DNA of 64,000 bases from a virus: the IMG/VR virus record IMGVR_UViG_3300047481_001175, positions 5,209-69,208 of that record; one strand, given 5' to 3'. Under the pieces are notes generated by a model that was not told where the DNA came from, did not search any database, and saw nothing but the letters and a program-made list of their open reading frames with translations. The position numbers were made by a program, and so were the translations under genes. Every line of letters begins with the position of its first letter. The first letter of the stretch is position 1. Positions 10,448 through 19,939 of this stretch are shown here, one piece after another.

Positions 10448-11101
10448 ATGATCATAGGGATTTGCGGATTTATCGGCAGCGGCAAGGACACAGTCGCTGA
10501 CTATCTAGTTAACTTTCACGAATTTAGGCGCGAGTCATTTGCCAGCACTCTCAAAGATGCTGTCAGCGCGGTGTTTGGATGGGACCGGACGCTGTTAGAA
10601 GGTCGCACAGCACAGGCACGTGAATGGCGAGAGCAGGTAGACCCGTGGTGGGCAGAACGTCTAGATATGCCTACACTGACTCCTCGTTGGGTTCTGCAAT
10701 ATTGGGGCACAGAAGTCTGCAGAAAAGCATTTCATGATGACATCTGGATCGCATCCCTAGAAAATAAACTTCGAAATTCTAAAGATCACGTAGTCATTTC
10801 AGACTGCCGGTTTCCTAACGAAATTTCTAGCATTAAAAATGCTGGCGGGAAAATCATATGGGTACAGCGAGGAGGTCTACCTGATTGGTACGATCTTGCT
10901 GTAGAAGCGAACAACGGACGTAACTGGGCTTTTCAAGAACTTAAAATGCGTAAAATACACGCCAGTGAAACTGCTTGGGTTGGTACTGATTTTGATGCTG
11001 TTGTAGACAACAACGGACTAATCAGTCAACTGTATATGAACATGGAAGACCTAGTTAAGACTTTCAATAATCAGCGACAAGATCACCTTGTCGCCATGTA
11101 A
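10448..11101 (+). CDS. Deoxynucleoside monophosphate kinase (T4 gp1-like)
   Basis: P-loop GFIGSGKDT; TPRWVLQYWGTE, ISDCRFPNE and HASE motifs. Confidence 0.9.
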   Translation: MIIGICGFIGSGKDTVADYLVNFHEFRRESFASTLKDAVSAVFGWDRTLLEGRTAQAREWREQVDPWWAERLDMPTLTPRWVLQYWGTEVCRKAFHDDIWIASLENKLRNSKDHVVISDCRFPNEISSIKNAGGKIIWVQRGGLPDWYDLAVEANNGRNWAFQELKMRKIHASETAWVGTDFDAVVDNNGLISQLYMNMEDLVKTFNNQRQDHLVAM

Positions 11102-11399
11102 TCCCTTCTTTGCTTAATATCTGAGCGCAGTTACAACAAATAGTTTTCAAATTACTATAGCGGCAATTGTCAAGATTGCCGTCTATATGAAATACTCTAA
11201 ATACTTCTTTGTGCGCTGATTTAAACCCGCACTTTTCGCACTGATTTTTTATCCTATATCCCAATCTATACCATCTTGGAATACCGTGGTATACGCCGTT
11301 GGCCATACAGATTTCGCACAGGCTACGATAATACACTTTATTATTTTTCTTATAATTTACAGCTCGTGGCCGTTGTCCGCATTTACAAAGTGGTCTCAT
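11064..11399 (-). CDS. HNH endonuclease-like zinc-binding protein
   Basis: CxxC pairs and HIDGNLDNCRYSNL..ICCNC motif. Confidence 0.7.
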   Translation of the reverse strand: MRPLCKCGQRPRAVNYKKNNKVYYRSLCEICMANGVYHGIPRWYRLGYRIKNQCEKCGFKSAHKEVFRVFHIDGNLDNCRYSNLKTICCNCAQILSKEGITWRQGDLVADY

Positions 11400-11506
11400 A
11401 AAAATATTTACACCTTTTTTACCCCTTTTATTCTAACTCAAATCAGCCAAAATTATAAAAAGGTGCTAAATACTTTGACATAAGATTAACCCCAGGAGAT
11501 ATTCGA

Positions 11507-14500
11507 ATGGCACTAACATCACCAGGCGTACAAGTTACGATAATTGACGAGAGTTTTTATACACCTGCAGAACCAGGTACAACCCCGTTGATTGTAATCG
11601 CTACGGCAGAGAATAAATCAAATGCAGCCGGAACAGCCACCGCTGCTGCAACAACACAGGCGAATGCAGGAAAAGCATTTAAAGTAACTAGTCAGAGAGA
11701 TCTAGTTGAAAATTTTGGTGTACCTTTCTTTGAAAAGACAGCAAGTTCTTCACCAATCCACGGATCTGAAAGAAACGAATACGGATTACTTGCTGCTTAC
11801 AGTTATTTAGGAGCATCTAATTCAGCATTTATCGTGAGAGCTAATATTGATCTAGATGAATTAGAAGGTGCATCAACAGCCCCGGGAGCAGAACCAGCAG
11901 ACGGAAAATGGTGGGTAGATACACAAGCAACGACCTGGGGAATTCAAGAATGGAACGGCGCCGCAGCAACAGTCACAGGCGGCCAAAAGTTCACTAATAA
12001 AGTGCCTTTGGTGTTTACCGACGACGAAGTTGACCAAATTGACAGCAACGGACCAAAATCTTCTGTGGGTGCAATAGGTGATTACGCTGTGGTGTTTGAA
12101 ACTATCGGCGATGACGGTACTTATACAACGAAATCTGTAGGTAGCTTCGGCGACAAAGAACCTGCAAGAATTTGGTATAAGTCACCAGGTGGTACATATT
12201 CGGGCGGTACGCTAATTGCAGCCGGCGATTGGGTACTACTAGGTAGTCCAGAATGGAAAGCCAGCTGGGCCGCAGTATCTGGTACAGCGGTAAACACTAC
12301 GATTACCACTGGACAGACATTTGTTATCAACGGTACATCAGTGGCTATCGGTGCTGGTGCAAACACTAACGCTAAGTTAACTGCTACCGCTAACACCATT
12401 AATGCAGATCCCACATTATCAGGACAAGGCATCAGCGCAAAAAGAGTTGGATCAGCACTTTACATTTATTCAGACGGATCAGCAACTTTTGACACAGGTG
12501 GCGACTCGACTCAGACCGGTGTTATTGAAATCCAAGCAGGCACAGGCGGCGCGACACTATTAACTGCTCTTGGATATAGCGCCAAAGAATACTATCCTCC
12601 AAGACTCCAAATCAGCCCACACACTACTGTTCCACAGTGGAAAACTGCCAGCGACGAACCAAGACCTAGCGGTTCTGTTTGGGTGAAGACCACCGAACCA
12701 GCTAACGGAGCACGTTGGAGAGTAAAACGTTGGAGTTCTGCTACAAAAACCTGGCAGGCAATTTCAGCACCGTTGTATGCTACAGGTCATGCAGCACTTT
12801 ATTACCTAGATAGATCCGGAGGCGGAGTAAATCTTGCCAAGGATGATGTCTATGTACAATTCAACTGCGATGAAACTTCAACAGCAGCAACACCAGCAGT
12901 GGCAAAATTTAGAGTATTCCATAGAAAGGCTACGGGCAATACAGAAATTGTTTCAGAAGTAATCACCAGTTCAACATTTAGTGCTGGATCAAAAGGTTTC
13001 ACAATGAAACAGTCTCGTACGGGAAGCCTTACATTAGATTCTGTATCAGTATCGTTTACCGCTACTGCAGATGCTACAGACGTAGAATTAATCGCTACTG
13101 CAATCAATGGTGCAGATTTTGGAGTAGATTCTGACGGTGATCAAATTACAAATCTAATCGAAGCCAGCGTTACAGCTGATAACGAACTAAAAATAGTTCA
13201 CAAGAAAGGCGGCGAAATTAGATTTATCGATGGCAGCGGAACTCCTATCGCATTGTTGTTTGCTGATTATAATCTAGACACTGGTGCAGGCACAGCAAAC
13301 TTCTATGCATTACCAGATGATGCCGTTGAAGACTACGTGGCTTCTAATTGGGAGCCGTTAGCAGCAGATGATTTTGCAGCCAGCGGAGATGCACCATTAG
13401 ATGAGCCAGAAGATGGTAGACTATGGTATAATCCAGACTTTGGCGATGTAGATATGTTATATCACAACGGCACTACTTGGGTTGGATACAGAGATGCATC
13501 AGCATACCCTAACTCAGATCCAAACGGTCCGCAGGTAGGCGCCACTGAACCAACTACACAGAGTGATGGTACTCCTTTGGTAGACGGAGATCTTTGGATC
13601 AGCACTGCTGATTTAGAAAACTTCCCAACTATCTATCGTTGGGATGCGGTGGCCGATCTAGAGTGGAAGCTTGTAGATAAAACAGATCAACAGACAGAAG
13701 AAGGTGTACTTTTCTCAGATGCTAGATACGGCACCAGTGGTGCAACAGGAAATACCGCTGCAACTATCAAAGCATTGCTGACAAACAATTATCTAGATCC
13801 AGACGCACCCGATCCAGATTTATATCCACGTGGTATGATGTTATATAACACACGCAGAAGCGGCGGCAATGTCAAACGCTACGAGAATAGTTATATTGAC
13901 ACCGCTTTAGATAACGGAAGATTTAACGACGAATCTATGTCGGCATACGCGACTGATCGTTGGGTTACTGCTTCAGCTAATAATGAAGACGGTTCAGGAT
14001 CTTTTGGCAGAAAAGCACAGCGTAAAGTAGTTGTATCTGCCCTGAAGAGTGTAATCGATACCAGCGCAGAAATCCGTGACGAAGAGCGCAGAAACTTTAA
14101 CTTGATCGCTGCTCCGGGATACCCAGAGGTTCTAAGCAATCTAGTTAATTTAAACATTGATAGAGGAATCACAGCATTCGTAGTTGGTGATACTCCTTTA
14201 AGATTAGCATCTGATGCAACCACGTTAACTAACTGGGGCACCAATGCAGCACTGGTAACTGATAACGGTGATGAAGGTATTGTTACATACGACGAGTATT
14301 GCGCAGTATACTATCCAAACGGATTCACCACAGACCTCAGCGGCGCAAACGCTGTTGTACCAGCTAGCCATATGATGCTAAGAACTATCGCTTTAAGCGA
14401 TGCAGTTAGCTATCCTTGGTTTGCACCAGCAGGCACAAGAAGAGGCGGAATTACTAATGCGACCAGCGTAGGTTATATCGATGCAGCCACAGGAGAATTC

Positions 14501-14941
14501 CAAACAGTGGCTCTCAACGAAGGACAGCGAGATACATTATATGATTTGAAGGTAAATCCAATTCCTTTCTTCGTAGGCGTAGGTCACGTTGCATATGGTC
14601 AAAAAACTCGTGCAAGAAATGCTTCTGCATTAGATAGAATCAACGTAGCACGTCTAGTAGTTTATCTACGTAGCCAACTTAACAAGTTAGCCCGACCATA
14701 CATTTTTGAACCAAACGACAAGATCACTAGAGATGAAATCAAACAAGCCTGTGAGAGCTTATTGCTTGAATTAGTAAGTTTGAGAGCATTATACGACTTT
14801 GCTGTTGTTTGTGATGAGTCTAACAATACCGATTCTAGAATTGATCGTAATGAGCTATGGGTAGACATTGCTATCGAACCAGTTAAGGCTGTTGAATTCA
14901 TTTACATCCCACTGCGTATCAAGAATACTGGTGAGATTTAA
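11507..14941 (+). CDS. Contractile tail sheath protein (gp18-like) with large insertions
   Basis: N-terminal SPGVQVTIIDES; C-terminal PWFAPAG..RG, ALDRINVARL, FEPND and EFIYIP motifs. Confidence 0.95.
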   Translation: MALTSPGVQVTIIDESFYTPAEPGTTPLIVIATAENKSNAAGTATAAATTQANAGKAFKVTSQRDLVENFGVPFFEKTASSSPIHGSERNEYGLLAAYSYLGASNSAFIVRANIDLDELEGASTAPGAEPADGKWWVDTQATTWGIQEWNGAAATVTGGQKFTNKVPLVFTDDEVDQIDSNGPKSSVGAIGDYAVVFETIGDDGTYTTKSVGSFGDKEPARIWYKSPGGTYSGGTLIAAGDWVLLGSPEWKASWAAVSGTAVNTTITTGQTFVINGTSVAIGAGANTNAKLTATANTINADPTLSGQGISAKRVGSALYIYSDGSATFDTGGDSTQTGVIEIQAGTGGATLLTALGYSAKEYYPPRLQISPHTTVPQWKTASDEPRPSGSVWVKTTEPANGARWRVKRWSSATKTWQAISAPLYATGHAALYYLDRSGGGVNLAKDDVYVQFNCDETSTAATPAVAKFRVFHRKATGNTEIVSEVITSSTFSAGSKGFTMKQSRTGSLTLDSVSVSFTATADATDVELIATAINGADFGVDSDGDQITNLIEASVTADNELKIVHKKGGEIRFIDGSGTPIALLFADYNLDTGAGTANFYALPDDAVEDYVASNWEPLAADDFAASGDAPLDEPEDGRLWYNPDFGDVDMLYHNGTTWVGYRDASAYPNSDPNGPQVGATEPTTQSDGTPLVDGDLWISTADLENFPTIYRWDAVADLEWKLVDKTDQQTEEGVLFSDARYGTSGATGNTAATIKALLTNNYLDPDAPDPDLYPRGMMLYNTRRSGGNVKRYENSYIDTALDNGRFNDESMSAYATDRWVTASANNEDGSGSFGRKAQRKVVVSALKSVIDTSAEIRDEERRNFNLIAAPGYPEVLSNLVNLNIDRGITAFVVGDTPLRLASDATTLTNWGTNAALVTDNGDEGIVTYDEYCAVYYPNGFTTDLSGANAVVPASHMMLRTIALSDAVSYPWFAPAGTRRGGITNATSVGYIDAATGEFQTVALNEGQRDTLYDLKVNPIPFFVGVGHVAYGQKTRARNASALDRINVARLVVYLRSQLNKLARPYIFEPNDKITRDEIKQACESLLLELVSLRALYDFAVVCDESNNTDSRIDRNELWVDIAIEPVKAVEFIYIPLRIKNTGEI

Positions 14942-14970
14942 TAGGTAAATACAATATCGGAGCATAGAAT

Positions 14971-15603
14971 ATGGCAATCACAACATTAAACAATATGTCA
15001 ATTCAGACCGCAGGTCCTGGTAGTAACCAGGGTCTGTTAATGCCTAAGCTGAAATATCGCTTTAGAGTGCTATTTCTAGGCTTTGGCACAACAGCCAGCA
15101 CTGAATTAACTAAGCAAGTAGTAGACGTAAGTCGTCCTAAAGTAGGATTTGAAGAAATCGAACTGCCTATATATAACTCAAAAGTTTATATGGCAGGGAA
15201 ATATACTTTAGAACCTGTAACTATCAACGTTAGAGATGACGCAAGTAACAATGTTATCAAATTAGTCGGACAACAGATCCAGAAACAATTTGATTTCTTT
15301 GAGCAATCTTCGGCACGTTCTGGTATTGACTATAAATTTACAACTAAAGTTGAAATTTTAGATGGTGGTAACGGAGCTAACGAGCCTGTTATTTTAGAAA
15401 CGTTTGAAATGTATGGCTGTTTCTTACAGAATGCAGATTACGGTGATCTAAATTACGGTACTAACGAAGCTGCACAAATCGCATTAACTATCCGATTTGA
15501 TAATCTAATCCAAACACCAAGAGGTACAGGTGTAGGCACAGCAGTAGCAAGACAAACAGCTACCGCAGCAGCAACAGGTGGTTCACAGATATTCACTTTA
15601 TAA
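14971..15603 (+). CDS. Tail tube protein (gp19-like)
   Basis: Directly follows the sheath gene; PKLKYRFRV, YMAGK, GCF...DYGDLNY motifs; TAAATA at 14946 plus SD GGAG. Confidence 0.85.
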   Translation: MAITTLNNMSIQTAGPGSNQGLLMPKLKYRFRVLFLGFGTTASTELTKQVVDVSRPKVGFEEIELPIYNSKVYMAGKYTLEPVTINVRDDASNNVIKLVGQQIQKQFDFFEQSSARSGIDYKFTTKVEILDGGNGANEPVILETFEMYGCFLQNADYGDLNYGTNEAAQIALTIRFDNLIQTPRGTGVGTAVARQTATAAATGGSQIFTL

Positions 15604-15618
15604 AATATCGAAAACAAC

Positions 15619-15647
15619 AAAAGCCCGGTACATCCGGGCTTTTTTTA
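15619..15647 (+). terminator. Rho-independent terminator
   Basis: AAAAGCCCGG-tacat-CCGGGCTTTTTTT. Confidence 0.85.
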
Positions 15648-15663
15648 TGATATAAATATTATT

Positions 15664-16770
15664 ATGGCAAACAAATTTATCAGATATCTCACAGGCGACG
15701 GTCCAAACAATCTTGCAGGCAATTTTGTCAACGGTCTACTTGCTCCTAAAGGCATAATGGCTAACTGGCAACACGCTACTCGTGTTTTTATCGATGATAC
15801 TTTAAGACATAGTCCTCGAACAAAATTTCTATTTTATGTTCAATTTGAAATAGATAAAACAAGTTTTCAGGCACCTGCATTTACAAACAGACACACCGAA
15901 GAGCTAGGTGTTTTGGTTAAAAGTGCTGATCTTCCTAAATTTAATTTTGATACAGAAACAAAAAATCAATATAACAGAAAAAAATTATTATATAAACAAA
16001 TAAATTATGATCCTGTTAATATCACATTCCACGACGATACGCAGGGAATAGTAAATGCTCTGTGGGCTATCTACTACGGAACATACATACAAGATAGACA
16101 TAATCCGCAATCAGCATATTCGTCATTACACTACAGACCCTCTGGTGCAGAATCTTTAGACAATTTTAGATACGGTTTAGATGCTAATAAGACCAGCGAT
16201 ATTTTTAAATCTATCAGCATCTATACAATGAGTAGAAGTAGATTTAACGGTTACACATTAGTAAATCCTAGAATAAAAAGTTGGAGTCACGGCAATGTAG
16301 ATTATGCAGCCAACGAAACATTAGACAGTACGATGAGTTTAGAATACGAAGCGGTTTATTACACTCACGGAAACGTTAGCGAAGGAAGTCCCAAAGGATT
16401 TGCAACATTGCATTATGATAAACTGCCTTCTCCTTTAACCATTGCCGGTGGCGGCACAGCATCGCTGACCGGCCCAGGCGGTGTGTTAGCTGGATTAGAA
16501 TCGGTATTTGGTTCTGTAGGCAGTGGCAAAGCATTTGGCAGCTTTGGCGGATTTTTAGGTACTGCGATTGCAGGGATCAATACCGCTAAAAATATCGGAC
16601 AATTAAGCAAAGAAGGTTTGAAACAGGAAGCGATCAATATTCTCAGTTCCCCGCAGGGACTAAGTACCATAGGAGGTGTGATTGGTGCGGTATTCCCTAA
16701 AAATCAAACCAGCAATTCTAGCACAGAAGCCTCACAAAAAAGTCTAACTAGCCCACCGCCAACAATATGA
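15664..16770 (+). CDS. Tube-like baseplate/tail-tube initiator protein (gp54/gp48-like)
   Basis: VKSADLPKF...NQYNRK...YDPVNITFHDD tube-fold motifs; TATAAATA 5 nt upstream. Confidence 0.65.
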   Translation: MANKFIRYLTGDGPNNLAGNFVNGLLAPKGIMANWQHATRVFIDDTLRHSPRTKFLFYVQFEIDKTSFQAPAFTNRHTEELGVLVKSADLPKFNFDTETKNQYNRKKLLYKQINYDPVNITFHDDTQGIVNALWAIYYGTYIQDRHNPQSAYSSLHYRPSGAESLDNFRYGLDANKTSDIFKSISIYTMSRSRFNGYTLVNPRIKSWSHGNVDYAANETLDSTMSLEYEAVYYTHGNVSEGSPKGFATLHYDKLPSPLTIAGGGTASLTGPGGVLAGLESVFGSVGSGKAFGSFGGFLGTAIAGINTAKNIGQLSKEGLKQEAINILSSPQGLSTIGGVIGAVFPKNQTSNSSTEASQKSLTSPPPTI

Positions 16771-17150
16771 CAGAAAAAACAATAAAAACCAATCTACCAA
16801 TTCCTGATGTTTCGGACAGCGCCGAAGCAACTAAATTATTTTTCGATACTTATGGTCAACAACCTTTGGAATTCTTAGCCGCAGAAGTAGATGCAGCTAT
16901 TGGTTTCTTTGAGTCTAGAGGATTTGATAAAGATGCAGGAACAGTTTCTGCGGCAGTATTATTAAAGCAGGCAAAATTAGATGGCATACCAATATTTAAA
17001 TTATTGGACCAAATGAAAACATTAACCGGAACACAGATCAATATCTTAGTAGGTGAGATCTTGAATAATAATAGAACTGTAACATCAACGCTGGGTTTTA
17101 AAACTTCTCAGGTAGTTAAAGAATCTCAGGTAAGAAATATTTCAGCCTAA
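16767..17150 (+). CDS. Hypothetical protein (tail module)
   Basis: 127-aa ORF with ATGA overlap. Confidence 0.6.
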   Translation: MTEKTIKTNLPIPDVSDSAEATKLFFDTYGQQPLEFLAAEVDAAIGFFESRGFDKDAGTVSAAVLLKQAKLDGIPIFKLLDQMKTLTGTQINILVGEILNNNRTVTSTLGFKTSQVVKESQVRNISA

Positions 17151-17590
17151 TGCCAAAGTTTGCACAAAGCCGTTTCGAAATGAAAAATCCCGAGAAGTAT
17201 GTAGGGAAAAGAACACCATTGGCAAGAAGCAGCTGGGAATTCGTTTTTATGAGAATGCTAGATGAACACACAGGTGTTGAAAAATGGGCCAGCGAAAGTA
17301 TACAAATACCTTACCGAGATCCTTTTACAGGTAAGCACACGATCTATGTTCCGGATTTTTTTATTGTGTATGTAGACAAGAATGGCGGAAAACACGCAGA
17401 AGTTGTAGAGGTTAAACCAAGCAATCACACTTTGAGAGAACACGTAGGAAAAAGCAGATATAATCAAGAGCAATATGTAAAAAATCTAGCCAAATGGGAG
17501 GCTGCTACTGCTTGGTGTAAGCAGCAAAATATTAAATTTAGAGTGATAAACGAAGGCGACATTTTCCATCAAGGCAAAAAACGAAGATAA
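17150..17590 (+). CDS. Head completion nuclease (T4 gp4-like, TnsA-type PD-(D/E)xK)
   Basis: NPEKYVG, RSSWE..FM, WASE..IPY, YVPDF and EVKP motifs. Confidence 0.85.
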   Translation: MPKFAQSRFEMKNPEKYVGKRTPLARSSWEFVFMRMLDEHTGVEKWASESIQIPYRDPFTGKHTIYVPDFFIVYVDKNGGKHAEVVEVKPSNHTLREHVGKSRYNQEQYVKNLAKWEAATAWCKQQNIKFRVINEGDIFHQGKKRR

Positions 17591-17597
17591 GTACACT

Positions 17598-18080
17598 ATG
17601 ACCAAAAAACTTGAAGAATTGTTTAACTTAGAAGAATCCAAAAAAGAAACTTCTAAAAAAACAGAAGAAAAGAAAGTTAATCACGAAGAAGTGACTAATC
17701 TTGATAAAAGCTATCAGGCGGTAGCTGCTATTACAAAAGATCTGCCCCAGATCAAAGATTTAGAAACTCTAGAAGAAAATGATTTAGACGAGCTAGCTAA
17801 AAAAGCTGAAAACGCCTATGACGATTTAATGGACTTAGGTATGAATGTCGAAGTCAGATATGCCAGTAGGATTTTTGAAGTAGCAGGTACTATGATGAAA
17901 AACGCCATAGATGCCAAAAGTGCGAAAATAGATAAAAAGCTAAAGGCCATCGATCTCCAGCTTAAAAAATATAAAATAGACAAAGATGCAACAGAAGACC
18001 CCAATGATATTATCAACGGTCAGGGCTATGTTATCACTGATCGTAACGAGCTGCTCAAAAAATTAGGCGGAAAAGCATAA
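17598..18080 (+). CDS. Probable terminase small subunit
   Basis: Helical protein with AYDDLMDLGMNVE...RIFEVAG..MK and C-terminal DRNELLKKL; lies upstream of the large terminase. Confidence 0.5.
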   Translation: MTKKLEELFNLEESKKETSKKTEEKKVNHEEVTNLDKSYQAVAAITKDLPQIKDLETLEENDLDELAKKAENAYDDLMDLGMNVEVRYASRIFEVAGTMMKNAIDAKSAKIDKKLKAIDLQLKKYKIDKDATEDPNDIINGQGYVITDRNELLKKLGGKA

Positions 18081-18088
18081 ATAATACT

Positions 18089-18661
18089 ATGATGAAAACT
18101 TTCAAAGAATATCTGTCAGAAAGCAAAAAAATTTACAACTTTAAAATCAAAGTTGCGGGCGAATTACCTGAATCTTTTCAAGATAGTTTAAAAAACAGTC
18201 TTGAAAGATGCAAGGTAATTAAACTAGAAAAATTAAATACCACACCTATACAGGCTCTGCCCTTAGATTTTCCAACAAAGAAAAACGCCGAAGTGCATAT
18301 TTTCGAGGTAATCTGCGAGTATCCTATTACAGCACCTGAGATAACAAACGACATTAAAATGTTAGGATTAGACGAAGACTGTTTTAGGGTCAGGGGTAGC
18401 GGAGAACCTAGCGAAATCGAACAAGCATTGAATAAAGAAATTATCAATCCCGATGGATTGTTAACTGACAGTCAATACAAGGAAGCACCAAACGCTAAAC
18501 ACAAAGATTATTTTGGTGACGATTTTAACAAAGGCTTTTTAAAAGATTTAGAAAAGTCTTCAAAGCAACGCAAAAAAGACAGTACAGGGCCGCAAGAATT
18601 TAAACTGCCCAAGGCTAAAGAAGATAAGGCCGGCCTAAAAAGCGCCATGGGGAGTAAATAA
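18089..18661 (+). CDS. Putative internal head protein
   Basis: N-terminus MKTFKEYLSE resembles the T4 capsid targeting sequence; follows TAAATA. Confidence 0.5.
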   Translation: MMKTFKEYLSESKKIYNFKIKVAGELPESFQDSLKNSLERCKVIKLEKLNTTPIQALPLDFPTKKNAEVHIFEVICEYPITAPEITNDIKMLGLDEDCFRVRGSGEPSEIEQALNKEIINPDGLLTDSQYKEAPNAKHKDYFGDDFNKGFLKDLEKSSKQRKKDSTGPQEFKLPKAKEDKAGLKSAMGSK

Positions 18662-19443
18662 TGGATTTTCATAGTTTGTTAGCAAGAATGCAAGAGCTAG
18701 ATCAACCTATGCCAGAAGCATCGGTTATCGAAGAACCAAATGAAGGTAACGAATTCAGCGGTGCCTTAAAAGCCGCAAAAGATGCAGGCCAGGATGAATT
18801 TGAAGTTGACGGGAAAAAATACAAAGTCAAAGAAGACGGAACTGTAGAAGCCTGCGGCGATATGGCTCCCATGTCACCGATGAGTCCAAAGCCGGATACT
18901 CCGCCACCTTCTATGAGTGTTAATATGAATGCTCAAGGAATGGACAGCATTGAAGATTTATTAAAACTTATAACAAAAGTTAATCCGGATATGGATAAAC
19001 CTTCGCTGCCACCTGTGCCGACTCTAGGAATGGCTCCGAGTATGCCAGATATGAAATCAGAATTGCCGCCGTTAAAAATGCTGCCCGATTTTGACAAAGA
19101 AGATATGATGAACAAGCCTGATGACAGCGACGATGGGGTTTCAAAGGCACAAGGTGATTTAGATAATGACGGTGATCATGATATGGATGATCACGATATG
19201 GAAAAGAAAAAAGATAAAGAAGAAGGCTTTGCGAATGGTACAGAAGATGACACTAAACCAGAATATAAAGACACAGACTATATGTTGAATAAATTATCTG
19301 GTGGTTTAGGACGTCAACAAAATATGTACAAACATAGTTACAAACAAGGTGATAATCCAATGGCAATGGAAGGTGAAGAATTGCGTACTTGGATTAAATC
19401 TGAATTACAGAAAAAATTAGCAGAAGCTAAAGGAGTGAAATAA
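18661..19443 (+). CDS. Acidic Pro/Met-rich putative prohead core/internal protein
   Basis: Low-complexity acidic ORF with a DLDNDGDHD EF-hand-like loop. Confidence 0.5.
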   Translation: MDFHSLLARMQELDQPMPEASVIEEPNEGNEFSGALKAAKDAGQDEFEVDGKKYKVKEDGTVEACGDMAPMSPMSPKPDTPPPSMSVNMNAQGMDSIEDLLKLITKVNPDMDKPSLPPVPTLGMAPSMPDMKSELPPLKMLPDFDKEDMMNKPDDSDDGVSKAQGDLDNDGDHDMDDHDMEKKKDKEEGFANGTEDDTKPEYKDTDYMLNKLSGGLGRQQNMYKHSYKQGDNPMAMEGEELRTWIKSELQKKLAEAKGVK

Positions 19444-19883
19444 TGGCAGACGTATATGCAACAGTAGTAGAAGGTACAACGGTTGGTGCTAACAGTAGAA
19501 AAATACTAGGCGACGGATCGTCTGGCGCTGGCCCTTTCACTAGATTCGGCAGTAGAGAATTGCAGGCTATTAAAGTTGTTTCTGCCACAATTAATTTTGC
19601 TACATCCTATACAGCATCAAACAGCAATTTTTATAAAGCTATTAATGCTATTCAAGAAAGAGCAGAAATATTCTATGTAGGTATTCCTCAAAACACAGCT
19701 AACGGCTTTGTCGCATTGATCAGCAAGATCAACAGCGACTCTGGCGACGGATATGGATCATTATCTTCTGCAGATAATACCTATGACAATTTGGAAGAAA
19801 AAATTGATGTGGCCGTAAACGGATCGGATACTGGCGATATTACTATTACCAACGTTACGCTAACTGGACTTACGTTTGCATAA
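19443..19883 (+). CDS. Hypothetical virion protein
   Basis: 146-aa ORF with SD AAGGAG, followed by a terminator. Confidence 0.55.
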   Translation: MADVYATVVEGTTVGANSRKILGDGSSGAGPFTRFGSRELQAIKVVSATINFATSYTASNSNFYKAINAIQERAEIFYVGIPQNTANGFVALISKINSDSGDGYGSLSSADNTYDNLEEKIDVAVNGSDTGDITITNVTLTGLTFA

Positions 19884-19897
19884 TTTTCAAACGTGTC

Positions 19898-19925
19898 AAA
19901 TAGGGCCGAAAGGCCCTATTTTTTT
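19898..19925 (+). terminator. Rho-independent terminator
   Basis: AAATAGGGCC-gaaa-GGCCCTATTTTTTT. Confidence 0.9.
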
Positions 19926-19939
19926 CAGTAAATAAAGTT

